Part shown: in pieces, positions 1 through 11,475 of the stretch
How the letters are laid out: every line of letters starts with the position of its first letter
Position numbering within the stretch: position 1 is the first letter of the stretch
Assembly: GCF_037042905.1 (NCBI RefSeq)
Contig: NC_087251.1
Location: forward strand, 47,244,001 to 47,308,000
Origin: Lytechinus pictus
Taxonomy: Eukaryota
Reading direction: 5' to 3'
DNA length: 64,000 bases
Notes under the pieces: model-generated
Seen by the model: the letters and a program-made list of their open reading frames with translations, nothing else
What the model was told of the DNA's origin: nothing
Databases searched by the model: none
Made by a program: the position numbers and the translations under genes

Positions 1-203
1 CAAAGGGAAAATAGAAAATTCAGCTCTTTTTGAAATCTAAATGCTTATTGATTTCCTCTGATTTTGTGTAATATAGCATTCGATAACCCCTATTATGGAG
101 GATCGATGGTGTTCTTATTTATTCTATTCTTGATGTATTCATTTACAATTGGTACAAAGACTATGTACATAAATTATGTGAACATAGATTTGTGAACAGT
201 GCT

Positions 204-458
204 TTTGATAATAATGATAATCATAATTACGTTTTATTTACTCAGGGTAGCCATTTCGGTAAGGGAACTGCAGCAGGCCCTGCATTTCCATGTAATATGT
301 TATTTACTACCCTTCTCCAATCTAAATGCTGAGCGCCAAGCAAGAAGGCAGAAGGTTCCATTCCTATATATATATATTTTTCTGTATGACTGTTGGGTAT
401 CGAACCCACGGCCTCCCGTTCATGAGACTGACGCTCTACCACTGATCACCATACCCGG
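204..458 (-). mobile_element. tRNA(Met)-derived SINE with Deu/Nin-like central domain and LINE-type 3' tail
   Basis: Minus strand reads TGGTGATCAGTGGTAGAGCGTCAGTCTCATGAACGGGAGGCCGTGGGTTCGATACCC (A box, CAT anticodon arm, B box). This is followed by GTCATAC...CTTCTTGCTTGGCGCTCAGCATT (Nin/Deu-like, from recall) and a tail GCTACCCTGAGTAAATAAAACG plus (ATT)-rich repeats. No complete acceptor stem. Confidence 0.7.
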
Positions 459-1804
459 TTTGCCTTTTAAACATGAACCTCATCAAGAACAAAATTTAAT
501 ACAGAAACAAAATAATAAACATTAATTTGAGCAAAAAACAAATTGTGTAGTATGTTGGTATTTTTATAATCTTCTGTTGATTTATATAGAACCCCTCTCG
601 GCCATTTAAAAGGCTTCCTACTTCAGCTCTTCAGGGGGTCCTGCACCCCCCCCCACACCAAAATATTTCGCTCGTTCGCGTGTTGGATAGTGGAGCAGTC
701 CAGATTCTCAACAAGAAATTTGGAGCTTAAACAAAGTTAATTGAGAATGGCTGCATTGAAGTATATGAGCAAGCTTTCTTCTCTCGTCTATCTAAATACG
801 AAATTTCAATGTCCCCTCACTCAACCCATTGATAAAAATCGTTCCTTTCTCGTGGTGAATGACACGATAAACCGCCAGACAGTTCAATCGTAGCGTTGAT
901 TTCCACTTTGAAGTTTGTCTTAATGTCTGCTATCGTTTCCACTTTCTCCAGGTCCCTCTTGGTGTCTATTTTGGTTTCGTTTTTCCGTCACCGCAGGTTT
1001 ATCTCTCGACTGATCAATGCGTAGATTAGTAGTCTAGGGTAGACAGATGTATTTAAATGTCCATTATCCTGTTGACATTCGCACCCCATACTATTGTTTG
1101 AAAGCGTGCAGTCATTGACTGAGCGATTGATCGTAAGCCTGCGGCTTAGAATGCCATGCAGACGCGGTTACAAACCACGTGATTGGTTCATCAACAGCAT
1201 CTCGAGACATCATGTTACTTTCTATTGCGTCCTTAACATTGAACTTTTACTCTGCTAATTTCGATTGGTGAATATCTTACATCGCCTTTTTTTTGCTACG
1301 TAGCACTGTGTTCAGCGGGACCAACATGCACTTTGAAGAGCCTTGGTTGTAAAATATATCCAGGGGTGTTTCATGAAGTTGTCCGTAAGTTATTCTTCAC
1401 AAACTATTGGTGGCATTATCTTGAGCTGAGTAATATATCGGTACTAGCAGACTTAGCATGTCGATTTAAGTTGTGTGAAACTTTTGGACAGTAAAAAATA
1501 ATCAAATAATCCTGAAATAAAAAAATTACTCATTCCTAATGGGGTTCCCTATGTTTGGTTCTTTAAGAAGTTCGAACATTAAAAATTGAAGTCTTTTCAT
1601 TGATTATTCTGTTCTTACAAAATGTGTCTCCGGCTGCTCTTTTCTATCTCGTCGTTCAGTACAGTGTCTGATCAGGCTTATCGTCTATTAGAAGGGGTAG
1701 GAAAATGTTTAAGTTTGTCCGTCAATTACCCTTTTTTACAAGCCCCCAAAGGAAAGATTTTTTCTATTTCTTTGTTTAGGGCGATCCCCTGGCGATCGCT
1801 AATT

Positions 1805-3243
1805 GTTTCTGACTTAACATTTGTCCCTTATCTTGTTTGCAGATGATTCGACCTTATTTTTTTCTCATCAGAATCCAAAAACTTTAGTTGATGTTATCAA
1901 TTCTGAACTTATTAATGTTCCTGAATGGATAAGAGCCAATTGATTATCTTTGAGCCTTAACAAAACAAAATACATGTTATATAGTAATTCCATAGATAAG
2001 TTACCGATGAACATTATGTTTGATAATAACCCATTAGAAATGATACCGTACACCAAATTTCTTGGAATAACAGTTGACAGTAAACTTTCTTGGAAAATCA
2101 TCTTGAAAATATATCCAAAATAATTTCACGAAATATAGCTATTATTAATGGGCTAAAATTTTGCATTCCCTCCACATCATTAATCATGCTTTACTCATCC
2201 TTAATCTTGCCTTATTTAAACTACGGGATTCTTATTTGGGGTAATACCCATCAATATTTATTAGATAATTTATTACTTTTGCAAATGAAAGCACTTCTTA
2301 ATATTCATAGTACAGCTTTCCGTTCTCATACGGACCCACTTTTTCTAGAAAGTAAACTGCTGAAAGTCAAAGACCTGTATTTACTACAGTTAGGGCACTT
2401 CATGTATAGTTAAAATAATAATGCACTTCCCCATATTTTTGATGCCATGTTCCCTAAAAATCAATTTTATCATAACTACCCCCCGAGACACTCTGACGAA
2501 CTTAACATACCACTTCACAGAACTTCACTAGCCAAAAAATACATTCCTATTCAACGGTCCTAAATTCTGGAACTCCCTATCTTATAATGTTAAAGACAGT
2601 GTCTCTTTAAAGTCATTCAAACGGAAACTCAAACTTATCCTGCTTCATTCCTATAATTCTTCGCAACGGAACTAACACTTCATTATCTTGATTATCATCC
2701 TTACATTTTCCATTTTTATTGTTTTATCTTTTTTCATCTTATATTGTCTAGTTATGTCATCTTTTGTTATTTCACCAGATCAAGCTGGTTTGTGGTCGGC
2801 CCTTCCCCAGCCCTTCTGAATTTTCCTCCTTTTTAAAGAATTTACTTATTATGTTATTATCTTGTTATGTACTGTCCCGTCTCTTGTTTTGTCTTGTCTT
2901 CTTTGTCTTGTCATTCTCTCTCTCTTTCTGCTTTTTCTTCTGCCTATTCATTGTCCAACATATCCTTCACAGCGAAGACCTCTTTGTGTGAACAGCTTTG
3001 CATTTGTTCAGTAATTATGTTTACATCAATATGATTTCGACCTTTTTGTTCCTTTTCTTTTTTTCTTTCCTGTATATATACGCATATATGAATAAGTCGA
3101 CTACATTTTCTTCATTTCCAAGGGGATCCACACTTTACAAGAATGCTCGTCTGTAAAATTGTACTTGATTTGTATTACTTTATATTACTTTGTGTTATGT
3201 TTTGAATGGAAATAGAATAAAGAATTGAATTGAAAATTGAATT
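1805..3243 (+). mobile_element. 5'-truncated, decayed non-LTR retrotransposon (CR1/L2/Crack-type ORF2 RT C-terminus plus 3' UTR)
   Basis: From 1833 it translates LFADDSTLFFSHQNPKTLVDVINSELINVPEWIRAN*LSLSLNKTKYMLY...KFLGITVDSKLSW, including the RT F-A-D-D motif. After a frameshift it continues ...LYSSLILPYLNYGILIWG...HTDPLF (ORF 2090-2413). In-frame stops and frameshifts are present. It ends in AATAAA(GAATT)n-like tail at ~3217-3243. Confidence 0.9.
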
Positions 3244-4282
3244 TATTCTGAGAGTTAAACAGTAAAATAAATAATAAACAATAACAAGAAAAGTTAATTA
3301 CTAGAAATATTGCTATGGATCCTTCCAAGGCTCTTCAACAATAAAATTGAGACTAGGTGCAAAAAAATTACAATTTTCAAAAAGAAATGGACAAACAAAG
3401 AATTTATAAATTAATAAATAAATCAGAAAAAACAAATGGCCAATAAAGAGCAAAGACATATCCAAATTTTGTTCAATAAAAATTGACCGTTAAAAAATGG
3501 GAATTTTTTTCTAAGTCCCAGTCAGTCTTTATAAATACATTAAGAGGAAATTTCCCAGTGCCCCCCCCCCCCTTAGATCACACATTCGGAATTTAAACTT
3601 TAAGCAAATCTGTCGAGATATTTTCATTGAGGTAGTTTTAACAACAAACATGTTATCGCCAATGCAATAGCAACATTGAAATGTTTATTATCTTTCACGC
3701 CACTGAGAGGCGAAGCGCGGGTCAGAAATAGGACATAGAAGATGCATGGTATTTTTGATGTATTACTATATCCACGGTTGACGTAATACGCCCTGGGCAT
3801 ATTTGTATACATTTGGATGGTAAACAAGTAAAGCAACATCGTGTAACATGGCATGTTTATCGCATTATTAAATCCTAATTCATGAACTGACATGTTGTCA
3901 CCGAAGACCCTATAGATAATAAGATCGTATAACCGTTGATCTGGTTTCGGAAGCTAGTTGTTTAATTCAATTTTGGCAGTACATGTATCTGAACATCCCC
4001 TTTTTGTTATCCCAGCCACTGCAGTAATCGTATTAAATGCGTCATACACAAGTATTACAAATTTATATCTGGATCAAATCTATAACCTCATGCATGCGTT
4101 GGAGTAATGTGGAATGATATTTGTCGGATGTGTCTCATTCTACCGTGTGCAATGAACGTTTAAGTTGTAAGTCCGATCTAGAAAGAAACAATTTAAATTA
4201 TCCACAAGTCAGAATTTGGAGAAAAAAGTGAAAACCGTGGGATCAGGATGTCTAATGTCGAAGAAAGAACATCATACTGTAT

Positions 4283-4622
4283 ACACACACACACCATCCA
4301 CACCCCACTAATATTTATATACGCACTGCCTAGTACTTTTACATGCAATGCAAGTTGGGTTATCTTACTTGAATGACTTATGCCAGCTCACACACACACA
4401 CACACACACACACCCACACGCACGCTCACCCTACCCCCACACATATACCGTAACAAACACACCCATACACACACCCACCCACCCTCACATTCCATCCAAC
4501 ACACGCAACACATGCATATACCCTCACATACACGCACAAGCACAATATGTCAACTCTCCACACTTAATTTACACACTCATGACCCATCTCAGGCTCTCAT
4601 GCGCGCGCACACACACACACAC
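4283..4622. repeat. CA-rich simple/low-complexity repeat
   Basis: (CA)n runs and CAC/CAT variants; the His/Thr/Pro-rich ORFs here are artefacts. Confidence 0.85.
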
Positions 4623-6532
4623 GCCAGCACTGGAAAATAAGTTTTCACAGATAACATTGAATTTAATGAGACCGTCCACACATCGATTCATGCCTTTGAT
4701 CACGATCGAGTTATGAGACCCTCAAGAAAGAATTCCTAATTTTTTTTCCGTTTGTCACCGATTTCTCGGTAGAGATTAATTTCATTCCAGATTTGCTATG
4801 ATCAGTTGTTCTTTAATCAGTGGTATTGTTCGTGTTGATATCATTACTGGTTTATTAACATGTATTACTTAACAGTGCCTTTTCCAGAAAAGTTATCACC
4901 GCTTTTTATTTTGGAAGCATTTTGAATATGGATAAGCCTCATAATTTCGTATTTTTTTTAAATAAACCAAACTTACACGTGTGGGACATGTGAGTGGGTG
5001 CGTGTTTTAGTTTGTATGTGTAAGGTTGTGAATGAGCTAAATGGTTGCTCCTACAGCCGAGAAACAGGTCCCGTTGTGTATAAATGTATTATAACTCTTT
5101 AGGTTAAGTTGTACAAGATTTTTTTTTTGAATTATGAGAATATGAAAATTATGAAGTGTACAAAATTGCAGCCCTAAGTATGTTACAATAATTTCTTGCC
5201 AAAGTATGACTGATTCTGAATTTTTATATCCTAACTGGCTGATGGCCATAAATGATATTTCCTATGAATTGTGTTGATGGCATTAATCTGAAATAAAATT
5301 ATCGCATATAACTGATGAAGCAACATGGCATGCAATATTCAATTTATCGCTAAAATCACAAGTAACAACGGCAATCATACATCAACTTTAACATGTTTAT
5401 GTAAAAAAATTAGCTGGAATATTTTAAAAGAAGCATGCCAACTTGACCGTTCCACATATACGGTCCACGAGCACCTCACGCGCATGCGTACACATCAACT
5501 TTCCATGAAATGTTATTATATCCCTTGACATCATTAGTTTTTGACGGAAGAATGTCTCTGACCTTCAATTCTGCTACGGTACTATATCGATTTAATTTTG
5601 TTTGTTCCTATTTTTGCCCCTTCCTACGAAAATTAATGAAGAAAAAGGTATACAAAGAAAGATAGATAGAGAGAGCGAGAGAGAAGAATAGAAGAGAAAG
5701 ATGAAAATCAGAAAGAGAGTTAGAACTGTAGTATTTTCCGGCAAAGGGACGGGTGAGTGTTTTGATGGGTTTTTTTCGAATCTCGGATAACCAAAATGTG
5801 AAGGTCTTCTGTCAGTAGGCATATTAGTATAATTGCATACAGAACGAAGTTTACTCACTCATCCCATCTCTTTTCAAGTCAATTAAGACTCATCTGCTAA
5901 AAATAATATGCCCGAGCCGACCAAGGCCAGTGACGCTTATGAAAACCAATAGAATACAATTACTAAAACTGTAGTGTACTTTTGCATAAACAAAAAAAAG
6001 CGAATGGAACGCCATTTTTTTAAATTATGGTTTAGCTGTTTTAATACTTTGTATATTTGAAACGGTATGATTGTTTGAAAATCTATACGGCCATGGTGTA
6101 GACAATTATTTTTTAGAATAAAATGTACTCTTCTTTCATTTAGTAACCAGTATACCTCAATACACAGTTCACTAATAGAAAATATTCAAATGAAACAAAT
6201 TGATTGAACATTTCTTTCTTGGAAAAAAATCTAACAACACCACTAACATTTTCTGAAAACACAGAGCAGCACAATTTACTTTTAAAGTAAATTGAATAAT
6301 TTGCTAAAACCGTGCCTTTTAGGTCAATCTCACATGAAGTACATGGCATATATAAATCACAATTGATACATTTATAATTATTTAATATCACGTGTTTAGG
6401 GAAAAGGTACCATAGAACGACGTTTCATATTTTTCAACCCAAACAACACGAGTAGCGATGACTGGTTTTTTCCTTCCTCCTATATATATATATATATATA
6501 TATATAATCATAAACATTGGGAATGATAATCA

Positions 6533-6640
6533 CTATAACGCCACAGTCATACTAGCGAGACTGACTCCTGAACGACCATATATTACATTATTTCCGATAA
6601 CATACCATCGGTCGGTTTGGAATCGGTTTCCTTGGTGGGA
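6533..6640. repeat. Dispersed repeat fragment; inverted copy at ~29000-29105
   Basis: CCATCGGTCGGTTTGGAATCG at ~6605 is the reverse complement of CGATTCCAAACCGACCGATGG at ~29015, with flanking similarity. Confidence 0.6.
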
Positions 6641-6772
6641 CTGTAGCATACGATTTGATTGGTCACAGAAATCGATGGTTTGGTGAGTAGATTTTACTTT
6701 AAATAAAACCTCTCAATAACTATATTCCCCGTACTTTTTATCCAACATTTTGAAATAAATATGGAATCCATG

Positions 6773-7051
6773 CCCTGTTGGAAAGAACAGAGTTTCACAC
6801 AGTGTGTCCACATAGTGGACTATGCGAACTTATTATTCACACTGTTAAAATGCTCAAATTCAACAGTTTTGAGATATTTTTCACACTGTGGACACCTCGA
6901 CAGTGTGACACCACGTATTCACATGGTTGTGAATATGTGATTCACACTGTTGTAATGCTGAAATTTAACAGTGTGAGGGTGATTTCACATTGTTCCACAC
7001 TGTGAATACATTGTTGCACACACTCTGGAAGGCTGTGTTCTTTCCAGTAGG
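6773..7051. mobile_element. MITE with imperfect TIRs (EnSpm/CACTA-like)
   Basis: Ends CCCTGTTGGAAAGAACAG ... CTGTGTTCTTTCCAGTAGG; interior rich in CACACTGT/ACAGTGTG subterminal motifs in both orientations. Confidence 0.55.
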
Positions 7052-8847
7052 AACTGTTAAGATTCTTAGTAACAAAAAATTAACACTATGTTCACCAATC
7101 CTGTTTGCCATGTAAGATTCACATTTTAGACAAAATATACCATTAACAACATTTAAGATTTACGTTTCAGATTTGTGCAAATTAGACATTGAATGGTGCA
7201 AGAATAACAATTTGATTTAAGTATGTGATTATTCACATATAAAAAATAATAAATTATACTTCAAAGGGTTTTGTGTCATTTTACAGAAGTGAGCAATTAA
7301 ATCTTCCATCATATATGAAGCTAAAATGCACAACAATTTATGCAGCATATCAAACATTTGTTAAGAATAAATCACTTCAGTTGCTGATGAACTCGTTAAA
7401 CGAAGCATTCAAGTTACATGTACATCCATTCAATTATTTCCTAAATGAACGTTTTAACGCAAAGGAACATCCTTATATACAGATAATATCTAGATATTAA
7501 TAGATGCCGTTATCTTTTACAAGTCTGGCATTGACTTGAAGCCTTGAGATCGCCCCCATCGTATATACGCGAAGGAAGAATACACAAATATTGCAAAATC
7601 AAATGTCATTTTACACGCCAAATCGCCAAAGTATCTTTAAAAATGTGTTATGAATAATGAATTATTTTGAATTTATTTCAATTAAATTACTTACAGTATC
7701 CAGAAAACATTACTGCTTATTGTAGATTAATGCAAACAATGAAGTATGTTTAATTTTTGCTTCCTGGATTTCATATTTTTCCTGTGATAAAGATATCAAA
7801 TTAATTTCTCCGATTGAATGTCTCTATATTTTTATTTAATCAAAAATACAATTATAAATATTTTGTTCTCACGAAGTAGAGCTGAGAACAAAATTGACTA
7901 ATTGTTCTACTCGAAACTTTCGTCAGGTTCTTCCGCCAATATATAATTGACAACGTACGCCTAATTCATTAATCATTATCTCTATCACAATGCTATTAAT
8001 GTATTAAGTTACACACATCGTACACACTCAGACGAAAATGAGTGAAACTCTTATAACGTTAACTCGTATTTACAGATAAGAATAAAAGGCATAATGAAAA
8101 AGATTTTTAACTTGGTCTTTCTAATTATAGGACAGTACTGCACAAAAATGATGTTCTAAATATACAAATATATATAGATTAGAGTGATAGTACACACATC
8201 GTGAATAGCAGCTGCGTTTCTTAGGTTTTAACATGAATTCAACATGTTCTCCATATTCACAAACTACGTGGCCTTTCAAAGACTTCGTTGACGGTAAAGG
8301 TGCTGCATTTTATGTCATTTCTCTGTTGTCCATTGCACACGAAGTGACTGTTCTATTCAAACCATTGCACAATGTAGCTTATAACCACCAAAGATTGCTC
8401 TGTCTTCTTTAAAACCATGTGCGTCAGAGAACCAAAGACCGCGTCAACCTCCGCACAGTCCTGCGTCAACAGAATCATTTTTCGTGTGCAAAGGACATGT
8501 CTATCTGGACAGATGGCAATTATGGCAGTTTATTTTTTACTCACTAGGCACACAGATGATAGGGGTTAATGTGGTTTCCAACAAGAACAAAACTTATTTG
8601 AGAATTCTTTCATTTCTATTTTTGGAAGCCACAAATGAAATATATAGGCCTACTGATAGTGGTACATGCGAACACTGTTAATATAAGTGAAGCTACAATA
8701 TACTTATCAGACTATAAACAGGACTATAACAGTTAAAACTTTTATGCATGTGTTACCAAAGGATGTCTGCGATGCTGCAACTTGTCTGGAACTTGTGTCG
8801 GTGTGTGCTACGGGAGCTGACTGCGGTGATCAATCTCCTTGTCCGGC

Positions 8848-9267
8848 TCAGTTTTCGATGTCCGAAGATCGCTTGAAGACTCGGGTACACTTTACAGTGC
8901 CCTTGGAACAGGTCATGATCATCTCACCATCAATGACTTCCCGAACGACCACGTGTGGTTCATCGGACTCTTCCTGCTCCAGAAACCTAATCTTGTTGTC
9001 GTCTTCCAGTCTGGCGATGGTCATCTGCTTCAGGCCGTTGGGGAGAAGGTCCTCAAACGGGACACCAATGGTGAACTCCTGCTCGTGTATAGTGATGACA
9101 GGAACGTTCATTTTGATGTTAAAGGAATCCCCGTCTCGCGTGATGTCACAAGAAGGGTGCATATGAACCGCCAGCTTCCGCATCGGTGCATTTACACCCA
9201 TTTCTTTCAGATACTCTTCGAAGTTCTCGCTACGGATAAGCTTCCAATTGCCAATTAGAAGTGACAT
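8848..9267 (-). CDS. Fatty acid-binding protein / cellular retinoic acid-binding protein-like (iLBP family), 139 aa, intronless CDS
   Basis: MSLLIGNWKLIRSENFEEYLKEMGV: G-x-W plus SENF..YLK..GV family signature. Also EFTIGVPFED, VVVREVIDGEMIMTCSKGTVKCTRVFKR. Typical length; first ATG at 9267 (ORF-track start at 9330 is TTG). Confidence 0.93.
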   Translation of the reverse strand: MSLLIGNWKLIRSENFEEYLKEMGVNAPMRKLAVHMHPSCDITRDGDSFNIKMNVPVITIHEQEFTIGVPFEDLLPNGLKQMTIARLEDDNKIRFLEQEESDEPHVVVREVIDGEMIMTCSKGTVKCTRVFKRSSDIEN

Positions 9268-9699
9268 TGTTACAAATATATATCTTGTTCGATGATTTAG
9301 AAAATATAGAGAACAGATATTCAGCTGCAAGTAATGATTTATGAGTTAATAATGCAATTTTAGAGTTTTGTTTTGAAGAGAACGATGATTAATGCTTTGA
9401 AGTCTGAAAGAGTATTTGCACTCCAACTCCAGTGATAGCTCAGAGTGATAGATGACGACAGACTAAACAGTGACATGAATGTTCGGCAAGAATTAAGCTG
9501 GATTGAGACCGAAATTCTTGGGAGTGAACGTCGGGCTATCCCTCGTCAACCCGACTCGCATAACTCAGCGATGATGACTGGGAGCTGGTGTTAACGCATC
9601 TCCTGTCTGCCGATTGATGCAAAGTAGAAAAATATGATACTGGTTCGTCTGGTGCGAGGATTATCAGGCAGTCTGTTGATCTGTGCACGCTGTTCAGGG

Positions 9700-9850
9700 C
9701 GATTTATATGGAACAGACGATGCAGTCGATTGGAAGAGCTTCCATCTCACGGCGGTTGGCTCTCCGGTGAATTTGGCGCACTACTTTCACTGTTATGACA
9801 ACCCTCCTCTCTGATTGGTCGAAAATACTGGATAGATTCCGCCACGTCAA
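9700..9850 (-). promoter_or_regulatory. Putative core promoter of the minus-strand FABP (TATA + CCAAT + CRE-like)
   Basis: On the minus strand: TATAAAT at 9702-9708, CCAAT at 9814-9818, TGACGTG at ~9843-9849. They lie in a relatively GC-rich unique stretch 430-580 bp upstream of the ATG. Confidence 0.35.
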
Positions 9851-10893
9851 CTTCTGTGAGTGGAGCAATAAACGTCCAAACGAGCCACTGATTCCGTGGT
9901 TACTTGCAGATGCATACCAATCTCATTCAATTTCTCCTCTTCTGCAAGTCGCTCATTTAGTTTTTCCTTCGTACATCGGTCATCATTTATTTTTGCCACC
10001 ATTTCTTTTCTTTGTCGGCAACTCCTATCAAAAGTATGAATTTACCCACGCGAACTTGCTATACAATTATTCTTCTATGAAGATCAAAAAGAAATCTAAC
10101 TTACAAAGTGATAAAAAAAAAGCTAGTTACATCTAATTCTGATCTGAAAATATTACCTTTTTATTTGAGTATATAAGTAATACTTACTGTCATATATGGA
10201 GAAACATCTAACCAAAAGTGTGTTTTTTTTTTGGGGGGGGAGGTCAGTGCAAAGTCTTCATGACATCCTAAAATGCCAAAACGCATTGTACATTTTCAAT
10301 AATGTACATAACGCATACTTCTTTCTTGAACGAATTAATTAAAATCTTCAATCATGTTATTACTCCCTTTACCCTATTTACAGACAAAATGATATGAAAG
10401 TCATGTTCAATCCTGTCAATTATAATAAGCTAAATATATTTTTGGTTTAAAATAGAAAAAAAGGTATTTTTGGATCTCTATTACTATAAGTTGAGTCATC
10501 GAGAAAATCAGTTTGACTCAGTTATGATTTACGAGGGTATTGCCGTCATCACTGAAAATCACAGTTACTGTTTAGAGATGACAAGTTCTCAAATACTTAT
10601 GCGTTTGAAAATGAGTACGTCTTCCAGTCTTATTCTGAATTCAGATAGTGATGCATACTATTATATTCTGCATGTGCGATTGAAGATCTTAAAGCGTCAC
10701 AAGTAGGGTTATTACGTCCCCGCAATCCAACAAGAAAACCCCTTCGTCTATTTCCAGTCACTATTTTGTTTTCGTTGACCTCAGGTTACACTACAATGAC
10801 GATCATCAGCACTTGAGGTTAGGCTATATTTAGTGAATGAATCTCTGTAACCTATCGTGATCAACACTCACGATTCATCGATTCGAGTATTAA

Positions 10894-11475
10894 AGGACAA
10901 GTCCACTCCACAAAAAGTTTATTTGAATGAAAAGAGAGCATAACACTGAAAATTTCATCAAAATTGGTTGTAAGATAAGAAAGTTATGACATTTTCAAGT
11001 TTCGCTTAATTTCACAAAACAGTTATATGCACATCCTGGTCGGTATGCAAATGAAGAGCCCGATGATGGCATCCACTCACTATTTCTTTTGTATTCTATT
11101 ATGTGAAATATGAAATATTCGAATTTTCTCCACATTGTCAAGTGAAACGACGATTAATTCTTCTCTGAACCTGTAGAATCAGCATTGTTTAATACTACAT
11201 GGTTCAGTCAAGTTGGCCCTTATTGTCAAATCTGTAAAAAATGAAATATTGTTTAAATCAAACAATAAAAACAAAAGAAATAGTGAGGGAAATCATCGAC
11301 TGTCTCATTTGCATGTCTCTGAGCTGTACATATCATTTTTTTTTTAAATAAGCGAAACTTTAAAATGTCATAACATTCTTATTTTACATCCGATTTTGAT
11401 GAAATTTACAGCGTTATGCTTGTTTGATTTTCTATTTTTATTCAAATCAACGGTATTATTGGGTGGACTTGACCT
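10894..11475. mobile_element. Kolobok/T2-type MITE (TTAA TSD), family A copy 1
   Basis: TTAA|AGGACAAGTCCAC ... GTGGACTTGACCT|TTAA; long imperfect internal inverted repeats; homologous to 41191-41792 and 56909-57517. Confidence 0.9.

Noticed and set aside
394-452. Functional tRNA-Met gene
   Set aside because: No proper acceptor stem, a mismatched anticodon stem, and it continues into a SINE body and tail.
8687-9258. Plus-strand ORFs of 159 and 139 aa overlapping the FABP
   Set aside because: Antisense shadows of the real minus-strand CDS with no recognisable motifs.
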